Assembly (NCBI GenBank): GCA_024137785.1
Contig: JAHRHZ010000264.1
Coordinates: 24,790,663-24,854,662, forward strand
DNA length: 64,000 bases
Direction: 5' to 3'
Source: Ginglymostoma cirratum
Taxonomy: Eukaryota
The first letter of the stretch is position 1. Every line of letters begins with the position of its first letter. The translations under genes and the position numbers were made by a program. Positions 1-13,549 of the stretch are shown here, piece after piece. Below the pieces are notes generated by a model, which was given only the letters and a program-made list of their open reading frames with translations, made no database searches and was not told where the DNA came from.

Positions 1-744
1 CCCCAGCTGTGAGCTCCCCATTCAGGTTTCTCCAAGGTCAGCTGTAAATCTGTTTATTTTTCTTAGAACGAACTCTGACATCCAGAGTTACTTGAAACTA
101 AACAGCAGGCAGTCAGCAGTGCAGGCTCACTGTTCGGTCGTAGCTGAAACCAAGTAACCCACAGCCAAAAATCAAATCTTGGACCTCTCTGGCCTATTAA
201 CTAAGCTGCAGCAGTTTATAGTGCTGGAAGCTGTCCTTTGCATTCTGGGACACAGAGTCAACTTTATCTTCAGGAATCTTTTGTGCACTAGAACACTGTC
301 AGCAAATTGTTTCTTTTCTCGAATTATGGAAGTATTATTCTACTACTGGGGGAAATGCCCATCCCTGTTTATGAACAAAACTATTGGCATTAAGTAGAAT
401 TGTGTGCAGGACAGTCTACTCACCATCACAATGCCTGCACACCCACTCCCTCACCATAAAAGAGGATGATCAAATTTTGTTTTGCTCCCGTGATAGTACA
501 AGAATCAGTGCTCGAAAGCCCACCATTACACTTCCGACTTTTCTGTTCGACATCTTCCTCAAACTCAGCATCACCGACCAGCTCAATAAACCCCCACAAT
601 ATGTAGTACTTTTTTTTGCTTCAAAAAGATCATTTATGCCAAGATCTAGGAATAGTACAAAACAGTTCTTGCTCAGTACACCAATATTGGGAATTTATTA
701 CATCTGCCAAAAATCAGCACACTCCTTACAAGACTGGCACACAG

Positions 745-2602
745 ACTAATAAACAATAAAGAGCTTTATTTATATAAGGCAGTTATAAGAACTGTACAAA
801 GCACAAAAAAGGAACATGTATTATTATTTTAATACAAAAATGTATGCGTTTTCAAATTTAAACATCTTACTGAAGCTCAAGTATGGTTTAGATCCTCTGG
901 AGATTCATCAGCAAAACCAAACACCGATTACGCTCCTGAATGATACAGACATCAAAATAAATCAGATATCCCTAGTACTGAGAATTTAGACACAGAAATG
1001 TAGCCAGTGATTCCTATTCCTATCTCAAAAGTCTGAGATGAGCATCATAAACCCTAAAATAGGCCCAATTCTTTGGGCCATGTGAAGGGTCATCGAAATT
1101 GTGGACATGCAATCTACTAAAATAGAATCTACATGCCTCTGATTTAATATAGAAATATAGGGCAATAGACTTTGCATCTTTTATTGACATTAGATAGTGA
1201 GATATTGATCAACACTGAATAGAAAGCAAATGACAGATGCCTGAACATAACCTATTCAATTAAGAAGGTCACAGCGTACAACTAATTTTTTCTCGTCCTA
1301 AAAATACAACCTTGCGGGCCAGAAAAGATTCAGAGACCTTTGGATTTTTGTCAATACCTGAAGTTTCTAGCAAGGTTCAACACAATCAAAAGTAAATCAC
1401 CACACACCTTTACTGTAAACATGAATCATAAAACTGAGGGAAACCAGACCTCTGGGCCACTATTCATTTTAAAAGTGGTTCAAACGAATCCCTTCAGCAG
1501 CTGTTCTTATTTGAAACACTCCATTAGCAGTTGAAAACCAGTAAACAATATTTCCTGTACGTAGTTGTATCCTACGTTTACATACAGAATTATGTCCCAT
1601 TCTGTAACAAGCGTAAAAGTAATTGTGATTCCATTACTCCATATACGTCTTGATATGAGCATAAGCATGATTATATAATAGTACTCCTAAATATTTGTAT
1701 TATACTTTACTGAACCTTTACATCAGTCTGAATCTTAGGTACTAAACCTTTATTTGGGAATTCATATTTTTTTAATGCTGTTTTTCTGGTGAACGTAACG
1801 CATGTTCATGTTTATCTTTAGTGTTATCGTTCTGGTTCTACTTTTGCTGCAATTTTAATGTAAAACAATATGTTCACACAAATTCTAGAGCAATAACGTA
1901 CTGACAGATTTGGTGAAAGACACAATTAAACGAAGAAATGGTCAGCATCACAATTGAAGAATATTGCGAGCTGTCTAGCATAATTGCTGCCACAGTATTA
2001 ACCAATGCATATTTCAATACTTCTTACGTGCTTCACATACAAGATATAAAGGATAGATAGAGCACTAAGGTACTTTATTTTTAAAATGCTCAAAATCACT
2101 GGATCACACTCCTTGGTTTTCCCTTATTTAAAAAAAAACCCTTTCTCCAACTGAAATATCGTTTTAATCCAGCTTACTATCAGCATTCAGCACTTTGAGA
2201 GCATCTGACTCTTTGCTATCAGAATCTATTGCATTGTTCAAACTTTTGGACTCATTTTGTCCAAGAGATTTAAATACCTGAGACTATTTTAATTGACTGC
2301 CACTCAAGGCCAGCAAAATATTGTCACGATAATCATAGTTGGTTAAAGCTGTGCTTTACCCCAAGAGTACTTCTACTTCATAACCAAATTAGAACAGCAT
2401 TCCCAACTGCAAGATGACAAATTTAAGGTTTCAGTAAGTTTTCTTCTGCTTCTACTTGAACCTGTGCACATGAACTACAGAAATAATCCTATGCAATTGC
2501 ACTAAGTTGGCTTTAATATTGATCACCCCCAAAACTTTACATAATAATTACATAACAGACATAACACAGACAGCTCTCCAATACAGCTGGCAAAAGCATA
2601 AC
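745..2602 (-). other. Candidate distal alternative terminal exon / long 3' UTR of PSPC1
   Basis: Acceptor tttgtttgtactgtttaattcttttcag|G at 2602. Repeat-poor U-rich sequence ending TTTGTACAG...AATAAA (770-765) then a U/GU-rich tract. Confidence 0.4.
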
Positions 2603-4239
2603 CTGAAAAGAATTAAACAGTACAAACAAATATACTTTAAGTTGCACTTCTAACCTTAGTAGAAGTGGTTGCAATGATACCACATTCGGTCTGTCTTTAA
2701 TCAGCTGGTGGTTAGAAGTAGAATTCTCTGGCATCAGCCATTATTGAACTAATTCTAAAAAAACTTACTCCCCACATCCCCCCCACCACAAAAAAAAAAT
2801 GATATCTTACAAATGAAGATGAAAAGGTAAAAGGAAAAAAAAAGTTATGGAAACAGCTCAAATGACATGATTATTTTGGGATTTAAAAAAGACACACATG
2901 GGTCAAACAGCTCGTGCCTATTATGAAACTTGTGATTCCTTATTTCAAGTGCAATTACAATCATGACCACACAGGAAACTCTCTCAAATGGAATGAAAAA
3001 AAAGGAAAAAATGTCTCAATGAGTTTCAAAAGATTTGCCATAATGAGCATTTCAAAATTGTTTAGATGTAGTTTAAGACTTCATCACAAATTGTTCAGAT
3101 GATAAATGTCTTTTTTCCACTTATTTCACAACCAAGGGCACTCGAAGTGGTTAGAAGCAAACAGATAAGGCTGTAGTACAAGAATGCAAACAGTACACAT
3201 GGAGGGAGACAAGATGTAGTACTAACCCTACACCCAAGTCCAAAATGGTAGCATGATTAAAAAAAAAAAGTCTCAGGAGTGTGGCATAAAACATGTGGTA
3301 TATACACTATTTTTCTGTATAGACTGGAAAATTTGATGGGAAAACACAGTAAATCGAACTAAAGTGAAGAATTATCTCCTAATGGCCTCATTATAGTCTT
3401 ACCGGTTTTTTTGGTTCATTCTTGAGGTATGTGAACATCACTGGCTAGGCCAGCATTTATTCCTCATCCCTAACTGCCATTAAGAATGGTGATTTGGTGC
3501 CTCTGGGAACTGTTGCTCGGCAATGTGCTGCAAGTACACCTACACAGAGCAGTTAAGAAAACAGCTCCAAAATTTTGGACCTTTGACAGCGAAGATCAGC
3601 AACATGGTGAGAATCTTGGAAGTTAACTTTTAGACGAACAATAACTGCTGATAAAATAGTTACAGTAAACAGATACATCAATATGGCCAAAATGTAGGTC
3701 AAATCTATGACTTTTCCAATGAGAAATTTGGATCAACTAAAACTAGGAAGTGGTTAAGTTATGCATCCAAACCACTAACTTGTCTGGTCTCTCCACAATA
3801 GTGTCCAACTTAACTTTGAAGTGTTCAAATTATAAATATTCTTACTTCAACCATAAACAATGTTACGCTTCCTGCCTACACTATCAACATGTCAAACTGC
3901 TTCGGCTTGTCTTGAAAATTCGATCAATCAATTTGTCCACGATATGGATACAACTGAGTACGAGTATTCCCCACCTTTGAAAATTGGTTCAAATAAGTAG
4001 GAAAGCTTTTTAGCTGTCAGGGGCAAATGTGTCACACATGCAAAGTCTCAATGATTTCTTTTTAATGCCAATCATGGTATTGGGCCAGGATGAGAAGCAG
4101 GGGAAAAGAAATTTTCAAAATCTTATCCCACAGAAGTAGAACATAGTGGAAATGCTCAGCAGATCATGCTGTATCTGTGCAGGGAGAAACTGTAGACATT
4201 TGAAGTTAATTACATCTCTGCCAGAGTAATTGTTTTCAC

Positions 4240-4690
4240 TTTATTTATTCACATAATGCCAATTTTGCTGGCTAGCCCAGCATGTATAGCCCATCCCTAG
4301 GGGCCTTTGAGAAGGCAGTGGTCAGCTACCTTCTTGACCAGCTGCAGATACACTCACTGTTAAGAAGGGAGGTCCAAAATACATGTCCAAGTCAAGACAG
4401 CAAGCGGCTTACAGAGGAACTCGCAAGTGGTAGTGTTCCCTTGTCCTTTGGAAGGAAATGGTTGTAGGTTTGAAAAGTTATTGTCTAAGCAGCCCTGGCA
4501 AATTTCTACAGTGCGCCTTGTAAATGGTACATACAGACGCCACAATGAGTCAGAGGTAGAGAGAGTGAACGTTCAAAATATAGCATTAATAAAGCAAGCT
4601 TCTTTGACCTGAAATGGTGTAAAGCTTCTGGAGTATTTTTGAAGCTGCACTCATCCAAACAAGTGGGGAGTTTTCCAGTATACACCTGAC
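4240..4690 (-). mobile_element. 3' fragment of the second LINE family
   Basis: gctggctagcccagcatgtatagcccatccct...gagaaggcagtggtcagctaccttcttga is shared with 3410-3600 and 50755-51060. Confidence 0.6.
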
Positions 4691-5379
4691 ATTGAACATT
4701 GCTTTTCTGGGGAAGGCGGGGGATGCAGAAAAGAGCTAGAAGAGATACACCTACACTTAAGAAAAAAACATATGGATGCATTAAAAAAAACAGCAGCAAA
4801 TTGGGTCATAAGATAAAAGAATGGCAATAATGCAAAATTAATGGTTCTTCATTTAAAATGCACACAATATCTGGAAAAGAGATGAATTCATGTCACAAAT
4901 ACAGGTTAATGAAAATGACTTTATATCCATCACAGAGACATGGTTACAAGGCAATCAAAGCTGGAAACTGAATATTCAGAGCCACATGCCACTAGTTCAA
5001 GATAAAAGAAAATTCATTATATGACATTATAATTGACATAAATCACACACCTTACATCATACTACACAGAGACATTTAAATTGGTAATTCCCTTTTGGGT
5101 TTACTGGTCACGATCTTAGAAGTTATGGCATGTAGTGTTGGTTTCCTTCAAAAGGAGAGAGACTATAATTTCTACGTTGGCCTAAAATAAACATTTTTAT
5201 ATTACTTCGTTTCAGTTCTTTTTAAAGTACAGTTCCAGATTTTTGGCCTTTCCTAGTAAGTATACCCTCTCATTCATTCTTTTGCATCTATTTCGCCTTT
5301 GCTCAAATGCCCCTCGATAGTTTTCAGTATTATGAAGACCAGAACACAGCTCAATATCTAAATGGAATCAAACCACGCG

Positions 5380-5725
5380 ACAGAGGAAATATGTACAGGA
5401 TTAGGCATTCAACTCCACAAAACTATTGTTATTATCCAGCTGGATGATGGCCGATTTTCCACTTTAATGCATTTCCCTACATAAATCCCTTAATATCTTT
5501 AATATGTAGAAATTTATTAACACGGTATCAGTTTTGAACTTAATGACCGAGCCTCCACAGCTCTCTAGACGCAAGATTCCAAAGACTCACCACTCATATC
5601 TGTCTTAAATGACATGCATCTTATTCTGAGGTCCATTAACCGGACTTTAGTGGGGAAGAATCGCTTCCCACATCTCCCCTGTTGAGCCCTTTTAAGAATC
5701 ATGTGTTTCAATAAGATCACCAATT
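5380..5725 (-). mobile_element. CR1 3'-end fragment
   Basis: gagcctccacagctctct...gattccaaagactcaccactc...gtttcaataagatcacc. Confidence 0.65.
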
Positions 5726-7239
5726 TAAAAAGTAACATTTAAGCAAAGTGAGCAATTCTCAAAAAGTGATGAATCATCCCACCCCCTTGATGTTCAATGG
5801 CATTACCACATCAGAAACAACACTGATTGAAAATTTAACTGGCACAATTGCATAGATAGGAAAGTTACAACAGCAGTTTAAATGTGGAGTATTCTGCATT
5901 GTATTTCAACGAGTGGAAATTGTATAGTGCTTACGCATTAGCCATGTTATTGGTATGGAACTTTTGGAATAGGATCATGAATAAGTCATATCAGTTCTCT
6001 TTTACCATTCATGGACTTCATTTCAAACTTATATTAATTTGAGAAGTGTTGAGGACATGATAGGTATTCCTTTTCGTAAATGACTTGTTCAGACATTGTT
6101 TTGGACTAGCATAAATGTCGCTAGTGGATGCAAATGGAAAGAGCAAAGTTAAATTGAAAAAGGATAATCAAGGCCGGAAAATCTGGGATTAGTGTTGGTT
6201 CCTTTTTAGTTTATCATGCCATTTCTCCAGCAGTTTTCAGCAAATTTTATCTTGTATGGAATGCCATGGACATCAAACATTTGGGTGGTTGGAACACACC
6301 TAATTAGGTCCCATTATAAAAAGATGTGCACCCCACAATTACTTTATGTAGTTCTGCAAGAATATATGTCTTCTGAATGGAAGACTTTAAAATAGACCCA
6401 AACCTGTCCTGAAGAAATCACCAGTTGCACCATTTTTCAGTCCAAGTAGTCACCCTTAACCATCACATTCTTTGAAATTTGGTGACACGATAATAATCTG
6501 TTCTGTTAACTGTTGCAAGATCCATCCTTATGAAAGGTATGAGCCCACTTTGCAGTGTCTAATTGAACACCTTTTGAAAATTCACAATTTATTTGCATCT
6601 ACGATATTATCTTTACCTATGGTGTAAAATATAGCAGCTAGCATTATATTTTTGGTTTCTACATATTTATCTACCTGAAAATGGAATGCCTACCTCCTGA
6701 ACACAGAATGTACATGCTAAACAGTAAAAGAGGACTGCTCTGTAACCTATGAATGTTGTGATACATTGAACAAGTTAGCTCCAGTATCTCCATAAATGCT
6801 GGAGGAGTTCTGAATGCAGTACAAAAGACAACCATTTTACAACTATCTTCATTCAGAAAGAAAGGGAAAAAGGTGCCATGTGATATAAAGGAAAAATTCT
6901 TCTTGACCTTGTAGTTTCCACCACCTCCAATTTCTGACTGATTACTGGCTTTTAGTTCACATGACATTAGGAATAAATCAGCATGCAACACACACCAGAC
7001 TCAGTCTGTAACATCCTAGCTGTAATCCTGAGTGCTCTGTATAACTATTCATTCCACTGGGCTAAGCTGTTCCTATAGAACTACGACGGCTCCACCTACT
7101 GTCATGTCCATAATTTACAGAAAAATTCCATCCAATCATCCCATCAATTTACTCCTGCACCTTAAGAAAATTGACAGGAGGAGTGTCAGTGGCCTGAAAA
7201 GTACTTACCAAAAGTCCATTAAATCTATTTTTTTGTGAA

Positions 7240-7585
7240 GTTCTTTCATAAGATGTCAGGATTGCCTATCCTAAACTGGCGTTCAACTAAGTAGTTTGTT
7301 AAACTATTACAGAGTGGTTACGAGTCAACCACATTGCTGTGGGTCCGGAGTCACATGTAGGCCAGACTTGGTAAAGATCTCTTCCTTTAAAGTGGACATA
7401 AAAATGAACCAGATGAGTTCTCATAACAAGCAATGATAATTTCTTGTGCACCATTACCAAAATAGTTTTCAATCACAGATTCTGTTATTAACAGAATTTA
7501 AATGCCACCAGCTGTTGTGGTGGAATTCGCTGGTGTCTCTGGATTAATAATCCAATGACATTAAACCACCTCATTAGCCCCACGC
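7240..7585 (-). mobile_element. tRNA-headed SINE with LINE-like tail (second SINE family)
   Basis: gagtcaaccacattgctgtgggtccggagtcacatgtaggccagac recurs at about 19800 and 47735-48075. Head remnant also at 40340-40445. Confidence 0.6.
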
Positions 7586-8927
7586 CTTCCAATTTAGGTA
7601 GGATTTCACTTGGCCTCTACTGCTGCAACTGATGATTACAGCTGTGGTCTAAACACAGGCATAAGAAATCCAGTGTTGAGGCATCAAGGCAGAACTTGAT
7701 GAAATCTGGTGTAAAAGGAGCACTCACAAAAATTGTCCAGTGCCTGAAGTCATACTAGTGGTCAGTCATCTCAGCTTGAGATGATAGCTGGTGGTTTTCA
7801 AAGTCAATACACAGGATGTCCATCAACCTGCCACCTCGGATGCTCCAAGACCTGATTTTTCTTTCAGCAAAATATGTTTTGACAATTTTCAGGACAAACA
7901 TGAAGTCTTGCGCATATGGTGGTCAAAATAAAATTAACCGATTTTCCACTTTACACAAGCTAGTTTTCTAGGGAAGGCAAATTGCATCAGAAATTGTTTT
8001 AATACTAACAGTATGCATTTAAAAACGCAGGATCATAAATGAAATTTAGCTCTGGAGACTGGTTATCAGTTTTCATAATTATTTGATCAGATTCATAATT
8101 CTTTTAGTCTGTGGTCACTGCAGTCCAATTTAGTCACAGATTCCAAATATACAGCTACTCAATAGAAGCAATCTCAACAACACATATTTAGATAAATTAC
8201 TCCCATATTGAATCTGCAGATTTGCATGTATAGTAAGAGGCTGTAAATTTAAACTAAAGGGCTAAAACATATTATACAATCCAAATGAAGCTTTTAATGT
8301 CAGGAAACAAATGACTGACTCTAAACCAAGATCCACAAGTCTATTGTTATTGCATGACCAGCAAGAAATAGATTATAGGTACCATTTCAATGGGCAAATG
8401 AAATATGATGATATCCAAAAGGTTTAAACTAATCTTACTCAGAGGCAAATAAAAGCAAAACAACACGGATGCTAGAAATCCAAAAAAAAACCCAGCATGA
8501 TGGAGACAATCAGCAGGTTTCGCAGCATCTGGGGAGACAGGAATAAATTTGCCACTTCAAATCTGACAATGACCCATTTCAGTTATCTAATTTTATTCCA
8601 ATTTTATTTAGCACCTTTAACATTTGCTCTAACTGAAGAAAAATAAAATTTTCTGGAGCTGAAGTTGTGATTATAAATACTCCAGTTCTTAAATGGAGAG
8701 TTAAACCACTAAAGGTCTCTGTCAAGTAATTTGAATTGTAGTAGCACTATTGGTACTGCAAAGGGATCATGGAAGAATAATAGCAAGGATTTCAGGTGCT
8801 AATATTTTTGTGTTTGAACAGTTCATAATAATAGGGTTCAGATGCCAATGACATCCTGCGTTATAGAAAACCTTTCCATTGATCAAATTTTACATGTAAC
8901 CAAAAGGGGTAACAAACGTAACCAAAT

Positions 8928-9300
8928 GGGGTGGCATGCTAGCTCAGTGGATAGACAGCACTGCTGCCTCATAACACCTGGGACCCAGATTCAACACGTG
9001 GGACCCAGATTCAACACCAGCCATGGGTGACTGTCTATTTGCACATTCTCCCTGTATCTACATAGGTTTCCTCTGGGTGCTCTGGTTTTCCCCCTATAGT
9101 CCAAAGATGTGTAGGCTAGGGTGACTGGCCGTTCCAAATTGCCCTGTAGTGGCCAGGATGTGCAGGCTAGGTGGATTAGCCATGATAAATGTAGGGTTAC
9201 AGGGATAAGGGTCAGGGGCTAGGTCTGGGTGGGATACACTTCGGTACAGACTTGCTGGGCCGAATGGTGCCTTTCCACACTGTAGGGATTCTATGATCCC
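8928..9300 (+). mobile_element. HE1-type tRNA-derived V-SINE, full length
   Basis: A-box tagctcagtgg, B-box region (duplicated), ggtttcctctgggtgctctggtt core, CR1-like tail ending cacactgtagggattctatga. Confidence 0.88.
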
Positions 9301-10879
9301 ATGATTGTAATAGCTTGCCATTTCTAAGGTATACCTTAAACACTGTGAACAAGGAGAAAGTCAGAAATTAATAGTGTGGATGAGGAAAAAAAAAAATGCA
9401 AAAATGCTGAAGAGTGCAACATTATTTTTCTATTAATCTGGAAAGTGCTCAGCAAGTTGGAATGAACAGAGTGCTTGGCTGAGAAGAGTTAGAAGTTAAC
9501 AAGATCAATCTAGTCCTGTAAATAAGTAGTACTTTCCAAACTGCATTGAATTTAAACACTGGCCTCGGACGATCTTCAATTTCAGCAATTAGTAATCAAT
9601 GACCTCTTGTTATGGGTTTCTTTGATTTAACGTACTCTAAATATCAAAATCATACTATACATGGATAGGACAGACGAACTGAACATCACATAGATAAGGA
9701 TACCACTACCTTCAAGCTAATATCGTTGAGCAGCACTAAGTAGCAACACTCCATCTCACTGCTACAGTTTTAAAAGCAAAGCCCTGATAGTTTCAAAGAG
9801 ATAAACATTTTCTATCAAACAACAAAAACAAAATCACTATGATGCACAACAAATGTGATACACAGCAATACAAGATTCAAAGAAGTTTACATGTTCACCG
9901 AGTACTGCTAAACATTAGTTCACTTAAAACAGTTTTATCTTACACTATACTTGTTTTGATCATTTCCTAAAATAACCTCACTTAAATATAGTTTCAAAAA
10001 TGTAGGTTTTTTAAGCAAGGTAATGAGATGTTGCTCAAGCTCCCATTTAGACAATTTGCAAAGCAACAACAGGATATTTAATCTGAGGCAGTTTTATTTC
10101 CTGTGGATATTTGGTATGTTCATATCTTTTGGATACAGGACAGAAACACAGATGATTCATCCACATTTGTTATTTAACTTTAAAAAGGAAAGAAGATTTT
10201 TAGTGCATTTGGTCTGAATGTTGACTTTTGAATGCAAGTTATTGCAAATGATTTTATACGTTATGATATTTATGAAAATATGGACATATTTTATCATGCG
10301 AGATGAACTGTAAAACGTACAAATAGCAATAAAATGATTTTTTTCTAGTCTGGACATTTGCAAAACATTAACACATTTAATGAAAAGGAGATATTAAATA
10401 CACCACCTGAATGTAACTGCAAATGTCAAGGTTGCCACAGTGGCAAAAATAACATCTTCCAGGTAGGTTTATTTCTCAGAATGTGAATAATGCAAGTAAC
10501 GTAACGAATATTCCTACTCTTCATGACCTGGTGATGGGGAGGAATTCCATATAAAACTTTTAGAATTAACCACAATGTTGGGCTGAAATTATATGGAAAT
10601 CTACGCTTGACCCGATTTGAATGTTTTCTTTCCTGTAAAAGGTGCTAGCGACTAATGGACTTAAATCACAAGCTAACAGCTTTAATTTTTTTTTCTCCTT
10701 GGTGATAATCCACAAATTAAATATACCAATATGCTAATACAGGATTTGAATTCAATCCCAGAAGGCAACGGCACTATTATAGTTCTTGCACTACATCATT
10801 TTGACCCCAAAAGGACCATAAACTGTGATTAATGTTCACTGATGGATATATGTTTCCGTCAACTGGAAAGTAGCAAATA

Positions 10880-11720
10880 TGACTCTTCTATTCTTCTAGG
10901 AAGGGAATGACGCAGAAAACAGTAAACTTTACACCAGCAAGTTCAAGTTCATCATAGGGAGAAGTGATCATTAAGGAGCACTTTGAAAATAATCAAGGTA
11001 ACTGGGAAGAGTCAGCATGAGTTTGTGAAAAGATAGTCCTGTTTAACCAATTTAAGGACTTCTATGAAGCAGTAACATGCACTAAAGATGAAGAGAAAGC
11101 AATTCATGTACTTTGGTTGTCAGGAAGGCTTTTGAAAAAGCGCCACCTAAAAGATTATTGAAGTGTGTAGGAAATTGTGGTATAGAATGGCAAGATGATT
11201 GATTGGCTCACAGGAAACAGCATGCATAAATGAGATAACAAGGTGCAGAGCTGGGTGAACACAGCAGGCCAAGCAGCATCAGAGGAGCAGGAAAGCTTAT
11301 GTTTCGGGCCTAGACCCTTCTTCAGAGAAGAAGAACACTTTGTTATCTCATTCTCCAGCATCTGCAGTTCCTACTATCTCTGAAGCATGCATAAATGGAT
11401 CTTTTTCTGATTGGCAGACTGTGACAAGTTGAGTCTGAGCCTTCAACCTTTCATTATTTAAGGATATAAATGCCTTGGAGTCAGTTAAGTGTAGATTTAC
11501 TATATTGATATCTGGAAACACGTGTGTTGTTTTATGAGGCTAATCAATGTCTAACAGTCATTGACTATTATTCTGCATAGATGTTTCTTAAGCAGGAAAA
11601 TCAAATGTCAGGGTAGAGGGAATATGGAATTTGAAACAAAAACAGACCAACCTTGATCTTATTGAACAACAAAGTGGACTGGAAGAACACAATAGCCTAC
11701 TTCTGGCTCCTAGTTCAAAT
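10880..11720 (+). mobile_element. Decayed CR1 fragments interrupted by the short Penelope-derived element
   Basis: agtcagcatgagtttgtgaaa (SQHxFV), aggaaggcttttgaaaaag, 3' tail atagcctactt. Confidence 0.7.
11233..11383. mobile_element. Short Penelope-derived element with inverted arms, hammerhead-like motif and 14-bp target-site duplication
   Basis: agcatgcataaatg duplicated at 11219-11232 and 11384-11397. Minus strand reads CTGAAGAAGGGTCTAGGCCCGAAACATA. gagataacaaggtg / cactttgttatctc are inverted. Confidence 0.75.
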
Positions 11721-12999
11721 TAATGTTCATGTTCATTGGTGAAGCAACATTTAGGCAGAAAACTGTCTTTTCAGTTATGGAAATGATTTGCTGTAAACGT
11801 TGCCCAGTGGGATTAACTGACTAGTGCCTTATCCTAACTTTTCTGAGGATGTTTTATTTTATTGACAAGGAAACTAAAGTGACATCTGCTGAACGAGTAA
11901 GTGAATTTAGAGTCTGGTTTCACCTCAAATGTCCATCTCTAACATGCCAACATTCAAATCATGAGAATGATCATTCAACTCAAACTTTGCTACTCCCAAT
12001 TGTCTGTTCAGCAAGCTCCACCAGGAAATCAGTTCCAGTTCCTCTTCCATTGGTCATGTTCCATTTTCTCCATCTCATGCAGTATCTGGTGAGTTGCTTT
12101 TCCAAATGAAAACTTGTCCTAAAGTAAAGTGTTTCAGCAAAGTTACTGTGCCTTATATATACACACACCATCCAGTTTTTAAACTTTTGAAGTTGTAACT
12201 TAAATCTGTGAAAGCAAAATAAGTAGCTGGTTGCAAGGTAGCCTGATTTTAACTAATTCTGTATGACGAACAGCAAAAGTATTGAACAGTTTTAAAAATA
12301 TACCAACTGGTAAACTAAAAAAAAACAAAAAAATGTTGCATTTACATTTGGGCAAATCAATTTTTGGTTGAGGATTTCCAAATAAAAGTAGACAAGAATG
12401 TCAATCTGAAGTGCCATTTTCTCACTGTTAGTACACAATTTCAGTTATTATAAAATTATAGGAAAATTGGTAGAGTTGAGCTCAGTTGACAGCTATTTCA
12501 AAATTATTGCTGCATTTAGTCAGCAACTTATTGAATGCATTTTTATATTATATATCGTCACACAGTTCTACAACCAGTGATCCATGGGGTAATCATATTT
12601 TGAAACTATACTACATGTTGAATATAAAATGATACCAGGATGGAATTTTTCTAGATTTTTTCCATTATTAATGTTTTACAACTTTGCAAGGTAGAGATAT
12701 TCAATCTGTGTAAGAGAAAGATTTAGTTAGTTGATCTGAAATTCTTAATAATGCTCACACAAATATGAAAGCAAGCCTACAATCAACCAAAAGCATTTTA
12801 AATTCAGCAACAGGGAGGACAGCAATGGACAATTTATTACCGCATACAAAATCTGCACTGGAGTTGCAGAAATACTTCATTAGGCCATGAAATAAAACTA
12901 ATGGTAGAAAGCAATCACGCAAATGAGTCCAGAGGCGTCAATCTACATTCAAAAGAAAATATGCAAGTAGTCAAAATGTTAAGTTTTAAAAGGACATAC

Positions 13000-13140
13000 C
13001 TGACATGCATTTTACACATATCTGTTTGAAACCATTCACAGAACATCGGAAGACGATTTCTATCAAATACTACAAATGGCCCATTAATGACAGACGACAG
13101 ATAGGAAAATCTGGAAAAATCCTATTACGTAAATGAATCC
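13000..13140 (-). other. Candidate alternative exon (141 bp)
   Basis: tttggtgtttgcacttacag|G...CAG|gtatgt, in a CpG-retaining non-repeat block. Confidence 0.4.
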
Positions 13141-13549
13141 CTGTAAGTGCAAACACCAAATCGAGACCGCTTGCAAGAATCAGCGCTCCTAATTTCCATT
13201 CATCTTGGAATAGCCGTTTTTATTAAATGATGTTTGTAGATATCTATGGTATAGTTCACTGGTTTGTACAGATCAGACTCTTACCTGTATCTCTTGACTG
13301 CTACTGTCTAGAACTTTTTTCCCCCCACCCATAAAGTACATTAGATCCAGTTGTGCACAATATGTGATCGAAGTACGAAGGTGGAGACGAGGGGCATTTC
13401 ACCCAGAAACCAACAAGGGCGTAATAGCTGAGCTGAGTCTAAGCAGACAGTACCTCATTAAATTTTAAAAACTTGTTAAACCAACTATAAATACAAAATA
13501 TAATTGGTGTAAGCATAAAAACAAGACAACCAAGAAAATTAGACAAATT

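Noticed and set aside
2603-2654. Donor AAG|gttaga upstream of the 2602 acceptor
   Set aside because: The implied 52-nt intron is too short to be credible.
6660-7210. Scattered minus-strand splice-like motifs and a 106-aa ORF
   Set aside because: Could not build a consistent exon, and no recognisable protein.
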